Numbered from the whole stretch's first letter, positions 13,533-27,141 are shown. The stretch is DNA of 63,168 bases, filler included, from Porpidia crustulata (GCA_964255105.1; 5 parts of 5 records of this genome joined end to end with filler, not necessarily neighbours in it); one strand, 5' to 3'. Notes: generated by a model not told the origin, from the sequence alone. A program made the numbers and translations.

Positions 13533-14914
13533 TCACTTGGGCGGTGGGTTTAGCACGAATTCGACACCCTTCTCAATGTTTCCCTTCAAACCGGTCTTGC
13601 AGGCTTCCAGGAGTTTCTTCTCATTATCGTCTATTTGGCTCAACATATTGTGGGCTTTCTCTACGCCCGATGGCTGTGAATTTGTCAGCGTTCAGCCACC
13701 AGGATGTGATTGTCACGAGAGGCCATACACCGAGCTCAACAGGAACCGAGAAATAATCAAGGCCAATTTCTTTCCCAATCGCTTCACCACCAGCGACACC
13801 AGGAAGGAACACGTATGATGGCTCGACGATACCTTTTTCCCCCTTGGTAGCCTTAATGAGCTTCTCTGCGAACCTAATCCTACGTCAACGGTGTGCGTTC
13901 GACCTGAGCGTAAACATATTATGATATACCCACCGGAAGCCAGCATATGCCATTGACAACGTTGCAGAGCCTGCGCCACCCTTGGCCTCTACAACCTCGT
14001 CACCGCCGAATTGAACACCTACAATAACTCAGCATATTTGCACCCACTAGCGCAGCTGAGCAACAGACGCTTGATCAATGGGGCGAGTTTCTCAGCCGGA
14101 ATCTTGACCGCAGGCTTTGCCAAGCTGAAAAGAGGTACAATCGTCTCGCCGGAATGACCACCAATTACGGGAATGACAGTCTTTGAGGGGTCCTTCTCGC
14201 CAGTGAGGTCCTGGACAAAGGTCTCCGCGCGTACCACATCCAAGGTCGTAACACCAAAGAGACGTTTGGGGTCGAACACTCCAGCTTTCTTCATAATCTC
14301 TGCAGCAATCGGAACTGTAGAGTTGACAGGGTTGGAGATGATCAAGAGGAAAGCTTTTGGGCAGTATTCGACGCAGCCTTTGACGAGGTCGCGGACTATC
14401 CCAGCATTGATCTTGAAGAGATCATCACGAGTCATGCCAGGCTTGCCTGATGAGCTTTAGTACATGAGGCCCATGCATAGTCTCAAGCGTACATACGAGG
14501 AATACCAGCAGGGATGACCACGATGTCGGCGCCCGTCAACGTCTTCTTTAGTCCATCATCTGTTGGAAGATAACCACTGATTTTCTGTGGCCTCTTAGTT
14601 CTACCATAGCGAGGCTCGAAAGGTTTTATGAGGACATACTGCCACAGAGGAGATATGGGATAGGTCGGCTGTTACCCCCAGTGTATTGACAACATCGTAG
14701 AGGGAAAGCTCGTCAACTAGTGGGCAGGCTTTCATGAGAAGTGACAAGGGCTATCAACACGTATCAGCGACGAGACACAAATCGACGGCTCATGCCAGTG
14801 CTACTCACCTGCCCAATACCCCCAGAGGCTCCTAAGACACCTGTATGCAGATTAGAACAATGCGTTCAAACAGCATCCGAGCCGACCGAAGTCCCACGCA
14901 CATGCTTTGACCAT
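13533..14914 (-). CDS. MDH: NAD-dependent malate dehydrogenase without mitochondrial presequence (cytosolic/peroxisomal type); alternative stop at 13421
   Basis: [20 protein letters not shown]..., [40 protein letters not shown], ends NPPPK*. Confidence 0.96.
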
Positions 14915-15363
14915 GGTGTAATTGATCGACAGATGCCTCTCGAGGTGACGAATGCTGAATTTTATTACACTAAGCTCAATATTTCAGTGAGGGAGGCGGT
15001 TTCTCTGGCGATGTGAGCTTGTGTAGATGTCCAATTGCAACTGTGTTATACCTGTGGTGGGAAATGCGAGGCAAGTCTTTGGTGTCGCTTCGACAATTCC
15101 CGCCCCACCTCTTTGGTGGGGTATCTAGATAATTCCATTTGGCTTTGCTGGACCCTTCCGTGCGGAACGTGAGAGAGGTGCTACACTACCAGTGACTACC
15201 CCAACGATGACTGGATACTTGCGTATAATCCACAATTGGATGAGCACGGTAAGGGGAACGTGGTCACGTGTAAAGGTTGTAAAGCTGCCGATCTTCGGAT
15301 GTGTCACCATTTTGGGGGAAATTGTAGAAAATCTATGATGGCTGTTACCACCAAGAACCTCGA

Positions 15364-16065
15364 CTACGATTCTCCTTCTGCTGCCTTCTTTGCTCGGGCA
15401 CCGCGCACCTTCTTCTCTGGACTCTCCTTCTTCGGCCGCTGGCTTTGCCTTATAGCACTTGCACGAGCCACAGCTTCCTGGCGGAGATCTGCCCTATAGC
15501 CCTGCTTGGCCGTGTAGTTGACAATACCTTTATAAGTTCTATATTTAAGCTTAGTACATAGCACCGCCTCCAAAGCTAAGAAGAACGATTGAGGGCTTAC
15601 TTCGGCCCTGACTTATTTCCACCCCACGTCACCTCATTCTTGTTGGACGATGGCCGGCTGTGATGCTTGCTTTTCTTGGTAGTCAACATGACTCCGCCGT
15701 TCTCAACTGGGTGGATACCAATGGCCTGAGGTTCATTATTTGATGAGCACCTCTTTCTAGTAGTCATGGTAGGGTATGCGTGATATACCTTATCATTAAG
15801 GAAACCAGCATGCTAGCTTATTATCAGTGGTCATCCCTGAGCCCCTGAAAAGTTGGAGCGTACCTTCCTGGAGTGCTTGTTCATGAGGTTGAGGGGATCT
15901 CGTGAGAATTGTACTCCTCCTGCAGTCTTGCGCTTTACCAGATAGGCATTGTCTCGCCCTGTCGCCAAGCCATCAGTCCAAATATTGCTATATGTTTCCC
16001 GGAGGAGACTCACGACAGATCTCCCAGATCAAGTCTTGTGACACGTTTGATGACTCGTATGGCAT
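15364..16065 (-). CDS. RPL28: 60S ribosomal protein eL28 (spliced)
   Basis: MPYESSNVSQDLIWEI...NAYLVKR...QFSRDPLNLMNKHSRK|HAGFLNDK|AIGI...GYRADLRQEAVARASAIRQSQRPKK. Confidence 0.93.
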
Positions 16066-16317
16066 AATTGAGGTGTATATTCAACCAAGGGCACTTTTGT
16101 CTTTTGCAATTGTAGAACCTCAACGTTTGTGTGCGCAAGCCTCGGCCCGCTTCGCCGAACTAGCGCAAACTGGTGGGCTCGCTTCGTAAGTTCAGCCCTT
16201 CTCGGTCTGTTTGTCTGTGTCTTATTTCAGGCACGTTATGCACACTTAAGCCATCTGCTCCATTGTACGAGCCATCGCCATTGAATCAGTCATCCACATG
16301 AAGCCGCATCCACAATC

Positions 16318-16739
16318 ATGGGCTACCGTCTTCTATATTCTCTAACCTTCTCCTCTTTGATCCTTGTCACAGGTCAGTCAGTCGTTGCTATGGTCTCTGA
16401 ATGGGACTGACATGATTAGCGCTCTATCTCACTCGTGGTCGCTGGATGCATCTGATACCAATACCTGACTACGTTTACCAGAGACTGCCTTCGTCATTCT
16501 CCAGTGATATCGAATCCGGCTTTACTTCTGACGCGTTCAATCTCGCAGCGAATATCGCGACCGGGGATACGCGCGCAGGGTTAGACCAGACTGCAAAACG
16601 AGAAGTGCAAAAGATCATGAGAAGTAAGAAAGTTGGGTTCGATGAGGCAAGGAGGATGTACACAGAACGACATTTTGCGAACAACAATATCGGACCGGAT
16701 GGGAGACCAAGAGATCCGAAGTTTGTCTCGTTTTCATAG
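16318..16739 (+). CDS. Conserved fungal protein, DUF2015/YCL012C-like, N-terminal hydrophobic helix
   Basis: MGYRLLYSLTFSSLILVT|ALYLTRGRW...SFSSDIESGFTS...GDTRAGLD...IGPDGRPRDPKFVSFS*; one intron. Confidence 0.8.
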
Positions 16740-17158
16740 TTAGTTACAAGCATTGTGACGTCGTTTGATATTGGCAGAAGTGAGGCTGGGATATGACGCA
16801 TGGCGTTTGGAATAATCATGTAGTAAGCTATGAGTTTCAGTGCATTACAATGTTTGTTTAAAATTCCGAATTCAAATTGATCCTACATAGTGCTGAAGCG
16901 TCTCCACGAGTCTGTTTGGATCTTAAGAAATTTGGATGCACCTGAGCGCTTGAACACCTTGGAGGCCCGCAAGCAGTGCCATTTCGACATTCTCAACGTA
17001 TGTGCATAATAGATTCTAGAATGTTGGTTACTTCTAGTGTCCACAGAAGGATAACTTGGCACTAACATGGAACGTACTTTCCAAGTTAAGCTAAATCCAT
17101 GGGCGCGCGAGATCGCTCGGCGGGGCAACTGGTTATCAGCTGAATTTGTTTAAGTGTT

Positions 17159-18331
17159 TCATCTTGCTCTTGTGTAGCCTTGCTGCTGGAAGCCAGGCGG
17201 CATACCAGGAGGTGGACCTTGCCCTGGAGGTGGGCCAAAGCCTGGAGGACCGAATCCTGGAAGAGGCGGTGCGCTTTGCTGAGGAAATCCTTGTTGTGCT
17301 GGAGCGTTAAACCCCGGAGGTAGGAAGCCTTGCGGTCCTCCATATCCAGCTTGAGAAGGTGGAGGCCGTGCTGGTAAGCCTGAAGGAGGAGCAGGCAGTG
17401 GTTGGGAAGGTGGTGTAGGCCGCTGTTGCTGGGATTGTGGCGCATTTTGGACAGTGCCACTCGGAACGCCTCCTCTGCTATTTATATACCCTGCTGAGCT
17501 GATTTGAGATCCACCGCCTGGTCGATTCATGTCAACGTCGAGCATGGCTGCCGGAGCACTGGGTGCCCCTCCTGAGAAGAGTCCTGCTGGCAATGGTTGG
17601 GTTACTGGTTGCACATTATGTTTCCTTGCTTGAGCCGCCAGCATACGTTCGGCTTGATCGCCGTGACGCTCTCCTTTACCGTCTTTTTTGTACGCGTATT
17701 GCACTGATATTTCCTTGTTCATCAGATATTGTCCATTCATATTGGCTATGGCTTCGTCTGTGGCCTCAAAGTTCGAGAAAGAAACGAATCCGTAGCCTTT
17801 AGATAGATTAGCATCATCGCGAGCAACCTATTAAGCTACAGAATCAGCCAGAGACTCAGAGCGCAAAAGGGATAAGAGTAAATATGACCTTCGGAGCAGA
17901 TATTAGACTACCAAAACGGCCGAAGGTATCATAGAGTGTTTGCTCGGATACCATAGGATCTAGATTCCCAATGAATAGCTCCGCGCCAACTTCGACAAGC
18001 TTCTGTTTATCTGCAGAAGCTTTATTCACCCTTATGGGTTTCCCATATAGCCTGACCTGGTTCATGATCCTCGCTGCGTACTCTGCATCCTCTTCACTTA
18101 TGAATTCCACAAAGCCATAACCCTGATGAGTCTGGGTGACTCGATCCTTGGGCAAATGTACGTTGATAATTCGACCAGCCTGTAGCATTAGTTCCCATAC
18201 GAGGCTGTCAGATACCCGCTCATCGAGGTTTCCGATATAGACGGTAGCCTCTTTGTCCTGCTCCCTGTGAGGTGTTAGAATATGTGGATGACTTCGGGAC
18301 CCCATACATACCAATGTCGAGCACCAGACAT
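17159..18331 (-). CDS. HSH49: Splicing factor SF3B4/SAP49 (two RRMs plus Pro/Gly-rich tail)
   Basis: [24 protein letters not shown]...[19 protein letters not shown]...[27 protein letters not shown]. Confidence 0.95.
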
Positions 18332-19215
18332 GATTAGCACAATCGCCAATGAGGTAAGGAATTCTAAGATGCTCCGAGCAAGTGTTGCGCAAAAACTATC
18401 TTCCGGAGCCCGACGTACTTTATAAAATACGCTATCATGGAACGGCAAATCTGAGCCTCAAATTTATATATTACTACCTACATACTTCACATCCCTAACT
18501 ACACTCCTCGCAACTATCGGCCACGCGTGCACAAGATATATAGTTGGGCCTCCGCTATAATGTTCCAGCTTTCGGAGGAGTCAAAAGTAAAGTGCCAGCT
18601 AGTCCTTCAAAAGCTAGATCAAAGGGATTGACATGTCAGTAGGAGAGAATCACTAGGTTAATCGACGTCTCTCGGATAGCAATACATTAGTAAGAGCTAG
18701 AAATCTGCCCAGATCGATGACATAAGTTTAACAATCAATAGCGGCTATCTTCCATTGATCATATACCTCGGTAATCCCCCTAAGGCGCCTGCTAGTTACA
18801 GCATTTTCTAACCATCGATATAGGTTATACAAGAAGTGAGCCGAAACCAGCATTTATACGGTACAATACATGATTGTTCTACAATGTTGGGCATTGAGCT
18901 TCACTGACACCATGATAGGCTCTTTTCGCCTCTTGCATAGAGGTCCCGGACCCGAACATCTTGCTGGCAGAGAAGCCGAGTGACTGTTCCATCGGCGGCA
19001 TAGGATCAGTGTATCGGAGCGTTCGATAACCATAGATACAATGCCTCAAACCGACGGTAGCGATGCGTTATTGGACTGGGTTCAGACCTTGAGTACTTAG
19101 AGACAAAATCGCGCTGGCTGGATCAGTCCTGAGTGAATATTACCTCTAGTAAACCTGCTGTATTTATAGAACGCCCTTGTTCGTCTCCCAAATGCGGTCA
19201 ATTGTTGCGTGTGCC

Positions 19216-20256
19216 ATGAATCATAATGATACACGCCCTCAACCACTCACAGAGTCGGTAGCAGGTTTGATTGCCGGATTCGCTTCCACGATTGCTGCCC
19301 ATCCCCTTGACGTAGTCAAAACTCGTTTGCAAGGTATGCATGTATCTAAGCATCTACACTATACTAAGTCCACACCTACTGAAAGCAACATCTCTAATAT
19401 TGCATAGTTGATCGATCTGTGGTGCCGCATTTTGGCAGCTCATTCCGTATCATTCAAGGGATTGTCCGTGATGAAGGAAGTCTGACCGCATTCTACCGTG
19501 GACTCTCACCCAACATTATAGGAAACTCCATTAGTTGGGCATTATACTTCTTATGGTACGACAGGCTCAAGAATGGGCTTCAAGTCTATCACGGATCAAA
19601 AGAAAGCCTTTCATACTATGACTTCTTCGTCGCTTCGGGCGCCGCAGGTGCGATAATCGTTGATTAAATAATGTGCCCTCTAATTTCTTTCTTCTTATGC
19701 ACCAATAGGAGCCCTCACTGCTGTTTGCACCAATCCAATATGGGTAATCAAGACACGCATGCTCTCAACTTCGCTGAATCATCCTGGAGCATATAGCTCG
19801 ATCCTAGACGGTTCACGGCACATCTACCAGGGAGAGGGACTTCGAGGATTCTATCGTGGTTTAACTCCGTCTCTTCTTGGGGTTTCCCACGGTGCATTGC
19901 AGTTCATGATCTACGAAAAGTTGAAGATATACCAAAGCAAAGGGCAAAGCGGAGCCCCGAGGCATCTCGGCTCATTCGACTTTCTCTTACTGAGTGGTAT
20001 ATCCAAGATTTTCGCAGGGTGTGTGGCCTATCCTTATCAGGTTGTGCGAGCTCGACTTCAAATGTACGATGCAGAGACGACATACAACAGTGCAAGAGAT
20101 GTTGTGGTTCAAGTGTTGAAAAAGGAAGGATTCAAAGGGTTCTACAAAGGACTGGGGCCAAATCTGCTGAGAGTTTTGCCGAGTACTTGGGTCACTTTCT
20201 TAGTCTACGAGAAGACCAAAATTTACCTGCCCACGATTCTCGGAGATACCGACTGA
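19216..20256 (+). CDS. FLX1: Mitochondrial carrier, FAD/folate transporter-like
   Basis: Three carrier repeats HPLDVVKTRLQ, NPIWVIKTRM, YPYQVVRARLQ; ISWALYFLWY motif; 2 introns. Confidence 0.85.
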
Positions 20257-21448
20257 AATTTCACTATTCTAATCGACTGATTCCATCACTCCGACATCTT
20301 AGCGCCCACCTGATGTTTGGTGAACTGCTGCTTTGTCAAAGTAAGGTATTCGCCTCCAGGATAAACAGCACATGCGCACAAGTACTTAGATGCTCACGAA
20401 ATACTTACAAGTTTCGGTACCTCACCACCTTACATGTTCTATCTTCTGTACTGTTAATTTTAATTGCCACATTGCGTACCTGAGCGTTCCTATCAATTTA
20501 CTTTACCGAGACAAGGTACGGGATGTAGGTAGTGTTTAGGTGGGCGTTGGGCGAGGAGGTAGGCACAAGAGGGGCCAGCCTACCCCACTCGATGGTCTGT
20601 GCTTTCCGTAGTTTAGCCCAGCCGTGCCAGTATATACGTGTGTACCTATATAGTACTATGTACTGCTAGGTAGGTAGTACTACCTTACTCTACAGTGGTG
20701 AGTGTCTACCTACTCTATTCATGTTGCGAATAATCTAAATGGTCACATGATTCGATCCATCGTTTCTGATTCGTAGATATCTCAGACTTTGAACAGCGTG
20801 ACCAATCAAATTATTCGCATCATAAGTATTACTCGGAGTACAGAACGTTAGAGCCCACCACTTGTGTGACTTACGTGCTTACTACATCATTTAGGGTTAG
20901 TTTGCATCTTGGAGGCGCTACACTTCCGTCGTCCAACCTCCCGTCGCTTTTCGCGTACTCGTTCGTAAATTACTACCTACCTACTTACGCATGTACGTCG
21001 TCCTCTTCTTTGCTCGACCCTTGCACTGCACCCCATGAGACGCCCATTTTCTGTATGAGCCTCACCAGACTCTACGCTATTGATTCTCGCCTCATAGATC
21101 GGATTGTGACTACTCCGCTTCGCCATCTCCAGCCTGGCTTGTCTTGTACGTCAGCCTTGGGATTTGGGAGAAGCGCAGTCTGCTGTATCCATTCACGGTG
21201 AATCACTCCCCATTGGCAAATACCGACGATAAATCGCGACCCATCCTGCCGCATTCGCGAGTTCTATCGCATCGTCAAGTCGCCAATCGTCTGTGCGCAA
21301 ACCAGTGTTCATTTATTATCAGCGCAAAATAACAGCCGACAGCTAGCTACATTCTTTTCGTTGGAAATACGCACTTGAAAGCTTCCAAAAGCCGTTTCTT
21401 CCGAAGACGTACCAGCCTCACAGGCTCCGAGAAAGAGTGTCTGCCAAT

Positions 21449-23794
21449 ATGTTCAATACACATCGTGGGATGGTTTCCGCACCAAATAGTCGACTAACCG
21501 AGCTACTGGACCAGGTGCGCGCTGAATTCGATAATCAGCAGAATCGGACTGGTGATTATGAGCAGCAGAGTGAGTTCACTGGGTTTGGTTTACCCTCAGC
21601 TGCCGGCATGCATTTCTCTGCACCTTTGTTTCCATGTAAATCCTGCATCGGTCGATACAAGCCTTGATCTCCTCGTTATTTGGGCATCTTCAAATCACGT
21701 GCGAAAGAAACGGCGAGTTTGAAGACGGCAACGATGAAATCGCTAATGAGTCTCGATTCTCTAGTGGCAACTCAGGTTCAAGAAATGGAAGTAGTGAGAC
21801 AGAAAGTCTATAGTCTAGAGCAAACCCAGATCGCTATCAAGCAGAGGTGTGTCCTTTCTTCATAAGAATATTGTGTTGGCATAAATCGCTGAATCTTCAT
21901 ACTCCAGGTATGAGGAAGACATTACTCGCTTACGACATGAGTTAGAGGTTCGTGGAGGGCCTTCATCTCATGTAAGCCTCAGTGGCCTACCTCCGCATGG
22001 AGGTATTGCACAGCCGCATCCTCCCGCCATCGGGCATGGCCCTAGCAATCTGTTCGGCGGTATCATGGCGAATCCGCCAGGTCAAGGTAATCCAGGTCTC
22101 GTCCCACCGTCCCAAGACCAGCAACAACAAGGTCCTCCGCCACACCAGATGCCTCAGCCACCACCAGTGCTTCACCAACCGCAATTTTCAGGCTACCAAC
22201 AGCCACCGAGCGTTAACGGCGGTAAGTGTAGCCTCGGGATCGCACATATGCCTAGATATCTGTTTAGAGATTAACCTGCTCATTACAGGCTACAATCCCC
22301 AACCACCACAGTCGACTGCGTCTCCTGGTCCTGGGAAAGGCCGTAACAACCGCGGACCGCCCGGGCCGACAACTCCACATCAGAGCCAGCCGATACCTTA
22401 CCCCGACTCTAGACCTTCGCCGCAAATGGGAAGGCAAGCGTCACCTCCTCAACAACAGATTCCTAACGTGGGAAATATGCTTGCAGACCTGGATCCCGAT
22501 TCGCTCCCCTCCCATCAAAAACGTGAAGGCGTTGACTGGTTTGCTGTCTTCAACCCCCGTGTGCGCCGTGTTCTTGATGTCGACCTGGTTCATAATCTGA
22601 GCCACGAAAGTGTTGTCTGTTGCGTCCGGTTTAGCCACGACGGAAGATATGTTGCAACTGGATGTAATCGCTCAGCACAAATCTTCGAAGTATCGACCGG
22701 CAATCAAGTCACGAAATTGCAGGACGAATCCGTGGACAAAGACGGGGATTTGTACATTCGGAGCGTTTGCTTCAGCCCCGACGGGAAGTACCTTGCAACA
22801 GGCGCCGAGGATAAACAAATCAGGGTCAGTCATTAGATCAGCTGAAGTCGTTCTCCGTTTCTCTTCATGAGTAATTTACTGACTTGGACTAAGGTTTGGG
22901 ATATTCAATCTCGAACCATAAGGACTACGTTTTCTGGACACGAACAAGACATCTACTCGCTTGATTTTGCTCGAGACGGCAAACACATCGCCTCCGGTAG
23001 TGGTGATCGTACAGTTCGTGTCTGGGATATTGAGAGTGGACGAGAAGTATTGAATCTTAGTATCGAAGACGGTGTAACCACAGTAGCTATTTCCCCTGGG
23101 GGTGATTACGTTGCAGCAGGATCTCTGGACAAGAGTGTCCGTGTATGGAATGCTCGTACCGGAATACTCATTGAAAGGCTCGATGGCCTCGAAGGTCACA
23201 AAGACAGTGTTTATTCAGTAGCATTCGCCCCTGACGGTCGATCACTCGTCAGCGGAAGTCTCGACAAAACCATCAAGATGTGGCAACTGGCCGACAGTCG
23301 AGGAATGAGTGCAGGTCAGGCAAGGGGAGGGAAATGTATCAAGACTTTTGAGGGCCACAAAGTGAGCTGGATTGAATCTAGTGGTTGATGTCTATGGTGC
23401 TAATAACATATATCAGGATTTTGTGCTCAGTGTTGCCCTCACGCCCGATAGCCAATGGGTCCTCAGTGGCTCAAAGGATCGGGGCGTACAGTTTTGGGAT
23501 CCACGTACAGGCGACACTCAGCTGATGCTTCAAGGCCACAAAAATTCAGGTACGTTCTCAGTCCCTGAAGCACGGCAGCTAGAAGATGAACAACAATTTC
23601 ATCAAATGCTGATATCTACGTTTACAACTAGTTATCTCTGTGGCCCCAAGCCCCCAGGGCGAACTATTTGCTACCGGTAGCGGGGACATGCGGGCCCGAA
23701 TCTGGAGGTAAGTCCACGACTTTATCTGAAGGCTCCGCATGGCTGAAATGCTAAATTGTTTGCCTATAGATACGGCCCGTGGCAGAATCAGTAG
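21449..23794 (+). CDS. TUP1: General transcriptional co-repressor Tup1/Rco-1 (Tup_N plus WD40)
   Basis: [14 protein letters not shown] (Tup_N), [55 protein letters not shown]; multiple GT-AG introns. Confidence 0.97.
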
Positions 23795-24465
23795 TCAAGG
23801 ACAGCAATTTCCAAGATCAGATACAGTGTGCAAATATTCCCAGCTGTCGAATCTTTGCTGAGGGCATGGTTGTGTATCATAGTCGATTGAGGTGGACCGG
23901 CTTCGCGGTCATCAACGGTCTCTCTGAATATCTAGGTGGTTTAGCAAGTAGCCAGCTACTACTCAAAGTATTCCGAATTATAGAGGTCTTTATAGCGGCG
24001 ATCGGTGTGTTGGCCAATCATTTTGGCGATTGGCGCTCTGGACGAACACTTCGCGACTATGGTTACTGGAGAATGCTGCAGGTACAGGATCGAGTCAGAT
24101 AAATTTTGTAATGGCGTGGGCAAATGTGAGATCGGACCAATTTGTAATTTTCTCGAGTGGCCATGGATGGTGTGCATGGGTGAAAATATCTGCTGGTGCA
24201 CCTCCTCGGCAGCAGATCTGGTGTTTAGACGCTTGCAAACACAAAGGGCCGCGTTTGCCCCAGCAGTGAGGGTGGGAGGCTAGCTTGGTACTACTGCCTT
24301 ACTGCAGCTGTTGTGCAGGATGGATTGTGGGGTAGGGAAGCCTAGACGTGCATAGTCGTGGTGATGATCAACAGAGTCAATCCGTTTATAAACCGATGCA
24401 TGCCACGCTGAGGGTCAACCAACCGACGACGAAGAGCCTTGCATCTCCGTGGTGTTGCTTTCTCG

Positions 24466-24500
<35 letters not shown>
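24466..24500. repeat. Interrupted (CT)n microsatellite
   Basis: ctctctctctctctt-tctctctctctctctctctc read directly. Confidence 0.9.
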
Positions 24501-24501
<1 letters not shown>

Positions 24502-25222
24502 TCTTTCTCGCATCCCATCCATTGGAGAAAACGCCAAGCATGATGCAATGCTACTATGCCTAATTCTCTCGATGACCTTCCTGATTAAATAATCCCACCC
24601 TCTTTGTCAGTCGGGCGATCATGTTTTCGTTTAGAGTGAGTGCTGCCATAAAGATTGCTGCTGATCTTCAAAGTAGTGAGGATGGGAGTAGATACTCACG
24701 AAATTATTGCATGCATTGTGATTTGAAACTTTAAGGACTCCAGTGAGCCGCATACATCTGATGCGGGGGAAAGGTAAGGAAGAGGGATGTAAAGTAGGAT
24801 GCTAGTCACTCTAGTAAGATGGTAGTGGCAGCGATTGAATTGAGCTTTCAAGCACTAGTACCAGTACTATCCGACATGTCCATCCGTATAGATAAGATCA
24901 AGCCACTTACCAACCCCTGTCTGTGGTCTGATCAAGTTCATTACCTCATAAGTACCTGCCTGTATACGACACATAAAGAGGCATGGAGTGAACAGCGTCA
25001 TTTCATAATACAGAGAATCCGTCGACCATTCTCCTGCCTCCTAATCGCAGAATACAGATTCAAGGTTGTAAGCGCGGTGGCTGCTGACGTGAAAAGGAAG
25101 TGTCTAGTAGTAGAAGCAGTAGCAGGAGAAGGAGATGAAATAGGAGAAGACAATGTTCATGATAATACAGGTACTTGGGGAATGGTGGTGATCATATTGA
25201 TTGATAATTGATAATTGATAAT

Positions 25223-25322
25223 NNNNNNNNNNNNNNNNNNNNNNNNNNNNNNNNNNNNNNNNNNNNTTAATTAATTAANNNNNNNNNNNNNNNNNNNNNN
25301 NNNNNNNNNNNNNNNNNNNNNN
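25223..25322. other. Artificial contig-joining spacer
   Basis: N44-TTAATTAATTAA-N44. Confidence 0.99.
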
Positions 25323-27141
25323 GCATGTCCGGGTGGCCGGCGAGAACGGCGGCGACGCTGCCGCCGCGGCCGCCAAACGGCAGCTGCACGGCGTAAGTGA
25401 CGGCGAAGTCGTTGACGCTGACCATGCCCGCGTTTACGCCGTGGACGAGGATTTCGATGTCTGACGGCGAAGTGCCGAAGACGCTGGCGCCGAGGGCGTA
25501 GGGGGTTGAGTTTGCGAGGGCGAGGGCGTTTTGGACGGAGGAGGCGCGCATGAGGATGCATATGGGGGCAAAGAGCTCTTCCTGCGCGATACGCATCGCG
25601 GGCGTCACGTCGACCACGAGGGTTGGTGCGAAGTAGTGGCCTTTTGGGAATTTCGGGTGGTTGTAGTGTTGGCCGCCGACGAGGCAGCGGGCGCCTTGAG
25701 CGACGGCGTCAGCGATGAGGTTTTCAAGGCGGGTGAAGCTACTCTCGGATATCATGGCGCCGACGTCGGTTTCTGGATCATCAAGGGCGGAGCCTGGGCG
25801 AAGTGCGCGGATGCGGGGTTCGAGGATACGTATAAGCGAGGTATAAGAGTTTGGAAGAGCGATGATGCGTTCAATGCCAATGCAGTTTTGGCCGGCGGAC
25901 TGGAAGACCCCACGCATGAGAATACTAGCAATTTGGCTTTCGAGGTTTTTCGCGTCGTCAAGAATAATAGCTGGGTCTTTGCCGCCTAATTCTACTAGTA
26001 CTGGGGTTAAGCTCTTAGCGGCAGAGGCGCAGACTGCGTGGGCGACAGGTCGGGAGCCAATGAAGGTAATATGGGAGATGCTTGGATGTGAAGTTAGGTG
26101 ACTTGCTGCTGCGGGCCAGCAAACCAGGGGCTGGAGGAGGTTTGGCGAGTGACCGCACGCTGCCAAGGCCGCACGAGCAATTGAAGTAGTGTATGAGAGG
26201 GACCAGGCAGTCTGTTCAGAGCCTTTGACAAGCAGGGCGGAACCGGTGAAGATAGTGGATATTATTGGAGAGAAAACGTTGTGAATCTGACATGGCTTAG
26301 CGATGTCAATTGGGAGCAGGAACAAATAGGCCTTACGGGGTAACTGGACTCGGTCAATTCACAAAGAAACGGTAAAGAGGAGAGGTAGAGGGGTCAAATA
26401 CTTCCAACTCACACATGCGGCCAAGGCCCCTAATGGCTCCCACCGGACTTCATTGTACTTGTACATCATGAGGAAGTTCGTCGGTCTCCGCTCTGGCTGC
26501 AATGCATTCTCCCCATGCTGTATGGTCCACTTCAACTTCTCCACCGTGACTAAGATCTCTCCAAGCGAAGCATCAATCATTGTCTTTCCAGAGTCCAAGC
26601 ATGCCACTCTTGCTATGGTTTCTTGATTGTCTAGGATGTACCTATGATAAATCCCAATGAGCTCATCATCTCCTGATCTCAAGAAGACCATTCGCGTACT
26701 TGAGCATAGTTTTCAAGACCCTTCTTCGCTGTTTGAACGAAGTCCTTGCCCATTCGATCTGAGCATCTCTCGCCTTGGAGATTGCTCGATCGATTCCATC
26801 AGGTGTGGCCGGGTTGACCTGACCTAGGAGCCTCCCGGTAGCTGGACAATAGCATTGTATAGCGCTTGAACCAGAAACCTACACTTCTGCTCAGCTATCT
26901 GCTTTAGACGTTGATGCATTGTTGTCTTAGCTACCTTTATGCTAGGCTCATTCAATAACGTTCCCTGCCAATTCGGCTTGCATTGTTCAGGTATAGGAAC
27001 ATGGATATCAAGCGCCGATTCCTCGTCATTACCGATGACAGTGTAAGTAAAGAAAAGGTAGATGATAGTACTTGCGGTGATTGCAATGAACAGTTCAGGC
27101 CACGGAAGACCTGCGGAGAGGATGTGGTTCAGGGAATCCAT
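25323..27141 (-). CDS. MSC7: Membrane-anchored aldehyde dehydrogenase, Msc7-like (3' end truncated)
   Basis: N-terminal TM helix, LDSGKTMIDASLGEILVTVEKL, FIGS, VELGGKD, QSAGQNCIGIER (catalytic Cys), EELFAP, QLPFGG. Confidence 0.88.

Noticed and set aside
13874..13890. Tandem acceptor TAG-GATTAG in an internal MDH intron
   Set aside because: The first AG is only a few nt from the likely branch site, too close to be used.
20891..20900. TTAGGGTTAG here and TAGGGTTAGGG near 31500 as telomeric repeats
   Set aside because: Fewer than two full units and internal; at most promoter motifs or chance.
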